Of a stretch of 64,000 nt of DNA, positions 54,371 to 64,000 are shown piece after piece. A model generated the notes under the pieces. The model searched no databases and had not been told where the DNA came from. It saw nothing but the letters and a program-made list of their open reading frames with translations. Both the position numbers and the translations under genes were made by a program. The first letter of the stretch is position 1. Each line of letters starts with the position of its first letter. Origin of the DNA: Octopus vulgaris. Taxonomy: Eukaryota. The stretch lies in assembly GCA_951406725.2 (NCBI GenBank), contig OX597826.1:36890001-36954000 (forward strand). The letters run 5' to 3'.

Positions 54371-57300
54371 TAACTATAAACATACATTTATGATCCGATA
54401 TAGTTAGAGTGTAAATTCTGACCATAACACCATGTCATTCTTGGATATAAATATAGAAATAAGGAATAACACATAAGTGATCGGACTCCAAACAGACTGT
54501 TTGATCATTTATGGCTTTTACCTTATTTCATCAAGACATATTATGTAGTAAAATCGATAAAAAACAGTAGAGAGAACTTACTTTACTCTTTTGCACTGAT
54601 TTTAACACATACAGCCTCACAATACATCAACACCCAAATCAAATGGTGTATAATGAAAGGTGATTATATCTTCAAAGATGAAAAATATTTGAAGTAATAT
54701 TTCTCTTTAAGCGAGATGTTATATTTTTATCTTGCAAATAATCTTTAAACAAAGAAATCTTACGTGCAGAAAATTTTAGTTAACAATTCTTTCTGAAGTC
54801 AACAGTTTGTGGGGAGGGGCTGGTCAACTACATCGACCCCCCACCCACCAGCACTCAGCTCTTACTTATTTTCTTGACTCAAAAGGGTGAAAGACAACGT
54901 CGTTCTCGGTAGCATTTGGGCTCAGAACGTAAAACTGAGTTTTAGTTGATAATGAATTCTCTAATAGCTAAGTAGAACCGGTCGTAGAACCATGAAATAT
55001 AAAAATCCACAATCACATATACCACAGATGCAGCATTTATTTAAATACACGAAGCTCTCATTGTATAGGGCGATAAACATACTTTCAATATAAATGGATA
55101 TATCATTATAAAACTCATATGAAAGAAGGTATCATGCTTCACACCTAGATACAAACTCATATGTGAAAAATCTCCTCAACGACAAGAAATCACGAACCAG
55201 TAAACAACAAAATTTACTTCAAACAACGAATATAATATAAAAAAAAATTAAACCTGGAATTCATAAATTTTTATGAAAGTTATGTCCTTTCGTATAACTG
55301 TTTCACTGGAGACAGAATTACGATACACTCGTTGGTTGATCATGCATCGATATTACAGAACCATCTAGTTGAGGCATTTAGGAATTTTTCTGCACTTTAG
55401 TGTTCCAAGTCAAAGACCGAAAAGAACTTTTACAATATATGAAAAAAAAATTCCATACAACATAATATATTCTATAGAGCACACATAAATACGTATAGAC
55501 ATATACATGTTTATTACTATTTAGAAATTTAATATTGCAATATATATAATAGAGAGGTAATAAACGCCAGAGATATGAATGCTGAAAATGTAGCCCCAAG
55601 AATGATTTGCACAAATTTATCTCTCGATCAAGATCACACGATTGCTGCCTTCAAATAAATATTTCGTTTATTGTGGAAATTAAACCATTTGAAATAACAT
55701 TTCACATCATAAAACTACACCGAAATGATTTTTGACTTTGGTGCAAAGCCATCATTTATAGAGAAGGAATCGTGAAATTAACAAATGTTGTCCATATTGC
55801 TGTAAATAGCATTAGCAATGTAGGCAAAAAGAATTACATTTAACATGGAGTAGAAATCAGCTTGTCTATTTAAATCTGCAGGAACTATTTTCACGTCACT
55901 TTCTAGTAGTTTAAATAGCTTTGCTTCATATTTTAAAAGAAACCAATCATAATTTCATTTAATGTATCTCAGAAACAGATTTTCAATTTTGCAGCAGTTT
56001 TATTAACACCACTCCGCTATGATGTATGAAGAGAAATTTTCAAAAAAAATATTGAATAGTTTTTCATTAGATTTTATTTATTGTAAGGCCAAAGCATTGC
56101 AATATAATTTATTCACTGGCTTCTACTCATCATTCTATTATGGGATTCCAATACCCTTTCTTATTTTTTCCTTTTATTTGCTAATATTTTTCTTCCCCTT
56201 TTTTCTTTTACATTTTGCATTTGCGATTTGTTTGTATTTTTAAGGGATGTCGAAATATTTTCAGCTTGGCCAGCGATTTAAGTTTAAATACTCTCAAAAC
56301 ATCAAAATGTCAGAAAATTCACTGAACCATTACAATGATCAATTTCTTTTTTAAGTGATACATTTTAATTATGATTTATCAGTGAGCATTTCTCCTACGT
56401 AGCAAACTGGAAAAAATATGTACAGGAACATATTAAAAAATATATTATAAAACAAGAAAAAAATATCATACACGTACACAGAAGAGAAAACCTCCATCGA
56501 AATGTTATTATTACCAACATCAACTTCCCCAATTCCTGCTTCTAATGAAATGAAATATGCAGAAACTGATAGAATGTGTATTTTTCCTCTTATTTTCGGT
56601 ATTTATTTGATTCCCTTTATTGTTTATTTATTCAAAAATGGATGCAATATTTAGGTGCAACTACTGCATATTAATTGGTTTAAAGGAAATTTATGCAATA
56701 TTTCATACATTTCCCATTAGAAATGGTAAGAGAACTTTTCCAATTTACAATGGTGTTAGAAATTTTTCAATTTTAGATGGCGCTACCAATTTCAGAATTT
56801 GCAAATGATAAAACATTATATTTCTATTTATGTAATATAAAAATATTATTAACAAATTTATGCTTTTGATTCATAAAAAATAGTTTGATATTAGCATGTT
56901 TAAATTATGAAAATTGCTTCAACTTGTATTACATGAAGCGATTTTCAGCAGATTTTCTGTTTGGAAATATTTTATAAATTCCTTAATCTGAGAATAATAT
57001 AATAAATGTTGCAATTTGATGATGGTATGTAATTATTCTGTATTTCTTTTGTAATTGCTCTTTAATTTTATAATGTCCGCAGAAGTCCGATAATGAAATT
57101 TAGTATTTATAATTATTGAGTTTCGTATCGAGTCATTTGGAAACTATTGGCAGAGTTTCTGATCGTGATATATCAGTAATGAGAGCAGCTTAAGAATTAT
57201 ATCCTTTGGATATTGTTGCAAATACAACATTTGTCTGCAAAAAAATATTATGCTCCGCTGTAGTAAAAAACAAACAAACAAACAAAAAAAACACTATAAT

Positions 57301-57398
57301 TCTAGCATTGACATCTACGATTAATAATTGTTGCATCAATCCTTTGCAAAGATTTTTTTTAACCCTTGTGCATCGAAATTTCATCATGAATTCTATAA

Positions 57399-58122
57399 AG
57401 GAGCAGTCGTGACTGTATGGTGTGTATGCTTCCCAAACCACATGATCCAGAGTTCAGTCCCACTGCGTAGCACCTTGTGCAAGTGTCTTCTACTATAGCC
57501 TCGAACCGACCAAAGCCTTGTGAGTGGATTTGGTAGACGGAAATTGAATGAAGCCCATCGTATATGCGTGTGCATATGTATACATATATGTGTGAGTGTG
57601 TATGTATATATATATATATATATATATACATACATATATATGTGTCTATAGATACATAGTTGTGATACCTGTGCCGGTGACACATAAAAAAGCACCATCC
57701 GAACGTGGCCGTTGCCAGTGCAGCCTCCACTGGCTTCTGTGCCGGTGGCACATAAAAAGCACCATCCGAACGTGACCGATGCCAACCCTGCCTCGAATGG
57801 CTTCTGTGCCGGTGGCACATAAAAAGCACCATCCGAACGTGGCCGATGCCAGCATCGCCTTGACTGGCTTCTGTGCCGGTAGCACATAAAAAAGCACCAA
57901 CCGATCGTGGCCGATGCCAGACCCCTCTGGCACCTGTGCAGGTGGCACGTAAAAAGCACCCACTACACTCGCGGAGTGGTTGGCGTTAGGAAGGGCATCC
58001 AGCTGTAGAAACACTGCCAGATCAGACTGGAGCCTGGGGCAGCCCCTGGCTCCCCAGACCCCGGTCGAACCGTCCAACCCGTGCTAGCGCGGAAAACGGA
58101 CGTTAAACGATGATGATGATGA

Positions 58123-58158
<36 letters not shown>

Positions 58159-58385
58159 TGTATGTATGTATGTATGTGTGTGCCTGTGTTAGTCCTCCCA
58201 CCATTACTTGACAACCGATGTTGGTGTGTTTACGTCACCGTAACTTAGTGGTTCGGCAAAAGAACCGATGTAATAAGTACTAGGCTTATAAAGAATAAGT
58301 CATGGTGTTAATTTGTTCGACAAAGGGCGGTGCTCCAGCATGGCCACAGTCAGATGACTTGAAACCAGTAAAAGAATAAAATAAT
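57399..58385 (+). mobile_element. SINE family B copy interrupted by a nested element in its central microsatellite
   Basis: Head and core at 57399-57562, tail at 58175-58385; both homologous to 24876-25280. Confidence 0.8.
57669..58122 (+). mobile_element. Nested short retroposon with five internal 63-68 bp tandem units and a (GAT)n tail
   Basis: Units start at 57669, 57737, 57804, 57871 and 57934. They are followed by ggttggcgttaggaagggcatccagctgtagaaa and end ...ggacgttaaac(gat)n. Confidence 0.75.
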
Positions 58386-58537
58386 AAAAAAGTAAACGAA
58401 TACACGACAGAAGCTCAAACGTAAAGCTGGAAGTACGTGTGATACTGCTACTGGATAGCAGAGGGCGAAATCTGAAGGTGGACGATCTGTATTCTGTACT
58501 CTACTACGTCCTTAACAGAATATACCATAGCTATATG

Positions 58538-58619
<82 letters not shown>

Positions 58620-60594
58620 GGACGGAAGGGGAGGCAGTGTGGGAGGGGTCAGTTATTCTTTAAATGGTTATACCCACTAAATCTACACACCGTGTATCGT
58701 ATTTCCATGAAAAATATTCTGCTTTCCCTCATATGAATTGATATTAAGAATCTGATACATGGAGTTTATTCGATGGCTATAACATCGAGTGTTTACGTCA
58801 TCATATCTTCATAACTAGAACGGTTAGTAATATTGCTATCTGTCTCAAACCATTTAATGAGGAACCATAATATATTTATCAAGAGCTGCAATATTTTCTT
58901 GACGATCCATGATACCAATGTTTAAACAAGATTTTAAAATTATTAACTAAACAAGCACGGTCTCTCTTCATGGTGTCATTACTTTAATCTGTAATTAAAC
59001 TGTAATGGCAGCGCCCATACTCACTTGAAAGGACTTCGGTGACAAGCAGGTGAAATAGAGGAAGTTTTACTTGACACGTGACCCGGCTCCAAAGCTTGTC
59101 ATGAAACGGTTTCTTTCAAATGCGCTCTAACACCAAATGGTGTCAGTGACACGCTGCAGAATGAAGCCAGTCAACTACAGATTACGTTTCTAATAGATCG
59201 AGACCAACGCTTTTCTAGAACGCAATCCCTGACTGATATATCTAGAAACGAACTATCTAAAAGGAATATGAGCCGACAAATCGTTACTAGGCAGTATCTT
59301 ATATAATCTGTATTACTCTATGGATAGAATATTTTTCGTTGGTTGATGATGTTAAGTTGTAGACGGATAACTTTTTTTTTATTTGGCCAGCTATGACACA
59401 CATTACAAACACAGCGAATGGAAACGCGCTCAATTAACTGTGTACTGCTGTTCAAATATTCAACGTAATACCCGAAACAAGTTTCAAAGCTGAACTGTTA
59501 GACTAATACAATTATCCATGATGCATGGTATGGTACAGTACTATGTGTTGGTAAGCAGGCAATGCTGACAAGTTGAGATTATACTAAACAAAAGACTAAT
59601 GTACTTTAACAAAAGTAGAGAGCTGTTACATTTGTATAATTATTATTTCTCAGTCATTGCACTAATAACAATAATTAATCATGATCAATCACAAATTCCT
59701 ATTTCACAACCACAACTACCATCCGATTCCATAATACACATTTCATTTCACCAATCAATGATGAAAACAATAATCAATGCTAATGCACATTTGTTCTATA
59801 TAACTAAATTCCCCAGCACCTCTAGTATGCTGCATCTTATGCATTCCACTTATTACCAATTGGTGTTCGATAATAAAACACTGTGTTTGATAATTGCATA
59901 ATAGTCAAAGATTTTGAAATATTCGACGGTATTCGTTTGATTTTGGTACAAATTTAAATACAAAAGATGTTTTCACTTGTGCTCTCAAAACATTGCTGTG
60001 TGTTCCATTTGGTGTAACTTAAAATATAGAATATCATATTTCTGATTTCTCATTATTTGTAGTTAAGCTGGTTCTTGTTGCCTCTATCCAATCACCATTT
60101 TTCATGGACAAAATAGTAGAAAGTTGGAGAAAGTGAAATGATGTGGTTGCTTCTCAGAGACAGATTTTAATGAAAAATATGTGAATGTATACGCGTGTGA
60201 GTGTGCGAACGCACGTGTATATCTATGTGTGTGTGTATATATATATGTGTGTATATGTTTTTAAGTGTATGTATGTATTTTATTTGTGTAGCAAGAAAGA
60301 GGGAAAGAGAAGTTGGAGAGGATGTGAAATAAACTTATAAGAAGGCGCAGCTAAGGCGTAATAAGATTGATAAATTACGAGAGGGGGAGAAAAGGAAAGA
60401 GTGGCCTATATGGAGAGGAGGAAGAGCTATGAGCTAAGTCATCTCGGGTTACTGAATCTTCATGGTATCCAATGAGGATAGAATTTTATTATGTTTTAGG
60501 GACAATTTTATGCAATGGCTTTAGTTAGATTTTCTCATATCACCATGTGGGTAGTAATATAAATTTATTGGTATTTGGTGGCAAATAAAAGAAA

Positions 60595-61006
60595 TCGTTA
60601 TTATGATTAATAGTATCGTCATCATTATCATCATAACCATGTGACTTATAGTTTATTGCCATCATTGTTATCGTTGGCATCATCGTCATCACCGCCATTG
60701 TTATCATCATCATCCGCAGCAACAACAGAATAACGTTCTTCAACAACCTCACCGTCTTCTTAATATTCCTGTCCATCATATCGTGTGGATATTGTAATTT
60801 CTTGTTAGGAATATCATGTTCGTCATCACGAGCACTATCATTTTTATAACCACTATCATCATCATCATCATCATCATCATCATCGCTATACCATCGTTAT
60901 GATCGTCTTCGTCGTAGTAGTCATCAGAAACAGTCGTCACTATCACAAGAGAACCACTATTACCCGTCATTATTATCACCGCTACTGACATCATCATCAT
61001 CATCAA

Positions 61007-61074
<68 letters not shown>

Positions 61075-61085
61075 CTATCATCATT
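60595..61085 (+). repeat. Decayed and pure (CAT)n microsatellite
   Basis: Direct inspection; source of the poly-M ORFs. Confidence 0.92.
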
Positions 61086-61625
61086 TTGACGATGAAAGTA
61101 TTTTCATTTAAATACCACTGACATAATATCAACATTGAATATTCTATTCTGTTCAAATTAATATTTCTATTTAATAAAATTTAATTCAGTCGACCGGGAC
61201 GAAACAGTCTAAACCAGCCAGTTTCAAAACGTGATAAACAGTGGTATCTTAAGTCAACCATTCTGTTTAGCTGACCCAATTACATTATTTATAATATCCC
61301 TGTGTTTTGGTTTCGGCTGACAGACGTAACTAAGACGGCGAACTGGCAGGCTCGTTCGAGCGTCGGATGAGCTCTGCGCTCTTTTCAATAAGGTCCTCAA
61401 CAACTTTGCCTCTCATCCAGTCACGATCAATAAATAAATTACTGGTTCAGCACTGGGTAGTAGCCCCTATCTCTCTTTCTCTCTTTTACTCTCTCTCTCC
61501 CTCATTTAGTCTCTCTTTTTCTTTTCCATTCTCTCCCTCCCTCTCTCTCTCTCTCTTCTTATTACACTGTATCTCACTGATTCGTCTTGAGTATTACTTC
61601 AACGGTACACGTGTCTATAAATATT

Positions 61626-62031
61626 ATTTCTTTATTGCCCACATGGGGCTAAACATAGAGGTGTGAAACATGGACAGAGAAAGGAATCAAGTCGCATCGA
61701 CCCCAGTGCGTAACTGGTACGTATTTGATTGACACCGAAAAGCTGAAAGGCAAAGTCGACTTCGGCGGAACTTGAACTCAAAACGTGAAGACAGACGAAA
61801 TACCTATTTCATTACTACCCAAAAGGGGCTAAACACAGAGAGGACAAACAAGGACAGTCAATCGGATTAAGTCGATTACATCGACTCCATTACTTAACCG
61901 GTACTTAATTTATCGACCCCGAAAGGATGAAAGGCAAAGTCGACCTAGGCGGATTTGAACTCAGGACGTAACGGCAGACGAAATACGTCTACGCATTTCG
62001 CCCGGCGTGCTAACGTTTCTGCCAGCTCACC
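61626..62031 (-). mobile_element. SINE family A dimer: full monomer (61804-62031) plus 5'-truncated monomer (61626-61803)
   Basis: Both monomers align to 9517-9750. The junction reads ...gtagtaatgaaatag|gtatttcgtctg on the minus strand. Confidence 0.85.
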
Positions 62032-63136
62032 TATAAAATGTGCATTCACTTACATGTTTATTTGCAGAGCGGATAATCATTTAGTCACAAAAGTGAATGT
62101 CGATCTTCGACACAGACGGAAGATTCACTATTTTATAATCTTTGATACTTATTTCTCACATTGGAGCTCCTTATTGGCAGATGTTACAGAATTAACACCA
62201 AAGCATGACAGACTACATTTGGTCATTACATTATTCTGAAGGAACATATTATATTTTGTGTAAAATATGTATATCTGATGCAATCCACACAGGCATAGTT
62301 GCATTGATTATGTATTAGTTACAAAGCTACAAAATTCTGGACCAATGCCACTGCAGGTTGTATTAGTGAAGTGACTACTGCAATAACATCCTGTCGGCCA
62401 ACAGCATCTACATAAGATTCTGTAGAGAGCAGAAACATGAAAGCTGTCGGAAGGACTATTTTTGTTCCTTTAGACAGTAAAATTCATTCTTTCCCCGATT
62501 TAATTCCCCGCCCCACATACATTACCCTCATAGTCAGACTCAAGAAAACTTCTTTCCTTCATTCCTTCCATCAATCTGAAAAGTTCTGAAAATCTTGTGT
62601 CAGCTGTACTTGGTTCTCTTAACAAGTCATAAACCATCTATGATATTTAAGATGTTGTTATCGATTAGGAAGTTTTAATAGCGGCTGAGAAATGGGGATT
62701 GCCCCCAATGAACCATACTCAATATATACAGTCATGACTTTTCAATTATGGTCATGTAGAGGGCAGTTCAGCGCATTGATTTCACCAACATAAAGCTTTG
62801 TTTTTGTTTTTTTTTTAAGAAAGAATAATATTTACTCGATAGATTCTTCATAAGGAAAGCTAATTAAAGTAGCAAGAATATCGACACAGACTGAATATAA
62901 ATATAAATGTAATAACCAAAACAAACATCTTCATTTTGCGGATAACTTACAAATAGGAAAACGTGGTAAGAAGCAATTTTCTAAATGGAGTGGCAAATGT
63001 TAAATTGTCACAGTCTGAATACAAATTTTTTTTTCTTTTTTGTTAATTATTTTTATCTTAAAATTAAGTACACTTAAGCGGAAGAGAAATACAATGTATA
63101 AACGCAGACACAGTACACACACACACACACACACAC

Positions 63137-63180
<44 letters not shown>

Positions 63181-63332
63181 GGCACACACATAAACATATA
63201 TATGTGTTCGTTTATGTTCATACAAATGATTCTGTTTACAGGCGTCTATCTGTATGTGTGTGTATTCTTTCTTTCTCATTGTACACACACATACTAGTCT
63301 GTATATATATATATATATATACATATATATAT

Positions 63333-63375
<43 letters not shown>

Positions 63376-64000
63376 AGTATATATGAGTATATATATATAA
63401 ATGTGTACATTTATGTAGCAGTTAATTGTGACATACAGTTGTAATAATTGTGCTATTCATATTTCTAGGCCTTTCCTATTGAGTTGATAGCTATTTTTGT
63501 TCAGTTAACCAGACAAAAGTGTCCAAAAATGCCAATCTTATTTTCCATGTAAATGCAGCATATGAAAACTCAACGTCGTGATTATCGATGTAGAAATAAC
63601 TTGTGTTCGTTATTAAGTGCCGTCTTCTGAAATACCAGGAATCTCTTGAGATGACCACCCATTTATCAATTTATACTTAAGTTGCTTTTTACAATTATTT
63701 CACCGTATCTTCTCATTGTCTCTGAAAATAAATGCATCACATTATATTTTACTTCATCTCTTCCAGAATTACTTGTCTTCAAATATAAATGTGTATCATT
63801 TTATGTTTTGTGTTGAACGAGGAAGTTTATAAGTTTATGAGGGTTTCTAAATCACAAATACATTATTCACTTTGTTACAAATTCATTGCTGCTTGTTTGT
63901 AATGTCACTGTATTTCCTTTTCTCGTTCAGTCAGTCTCTCTTCACTCTCTTGCCCTTTCTCTCTCTCTATAAGAAGGTGATAATAATTAGGTCACACTGT

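Noticed and set aside
57669-57965. CRISPR-like array (palindromic repeats with variable inserts)
   Set aside because: The context is eukaryotic with no cas genes. The variable parts are short related loops, and the array sits inside a retroposon with a (GAT)n tail.
61185-61212. Hammerhead half-motif gtc...gacGAAACaGTC
   Set aside because: No upstream CTGANGA box.

Overview
This is AT-rich, microsatellite-saturated animal genomic DNA. The repeat families resemble those I recall from octopus/cephalopod genomes, which is an inference. I found no confidently recognisable intact host protein-coding gene, and most ORF-track entries are translations of (TA)n, (CA)n, (TAA)n, (TATC)n or (TACA)n repeats. 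Decayed mobile elements dominate the window: a Chapaev3-type transposase end, several 5'-truncated R4/Dong-type RLE retrotransposons stacked in (TAA)n arrays, an RLE fragment in (TACA)n, a Tx1/L1-like ORF2 3' end in (TATC)n, a CR1/L2-like end, two Penelope-like fragments, a piggyBac-type MITE and at least three tRNA-headed SINE families. Four observations stand out. (1) Two homologous ORF1/gag-only (CCHC, no RT) retroelements sit in tandem at the same site in a SINE tRNA head (25.4-28.1 kb). (2) These elements, the Tx1-like LINE end and SINE family A share a 3' signature with covarying base pairs (TGTCC, then a 4-bp stem with a 5-nt loop, then AATAAAGAA). (3) A tRNA-headed element carries a minimal hammerhead ribozyme (30.2-30.5 kb), and two further decayed hammerhead-like motifs occur elsewhere. 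(4) A possible host promoter with non-coding exons lies at 42.8-44.4 kb, and a candidate recursive splice site at 37.9 kb.
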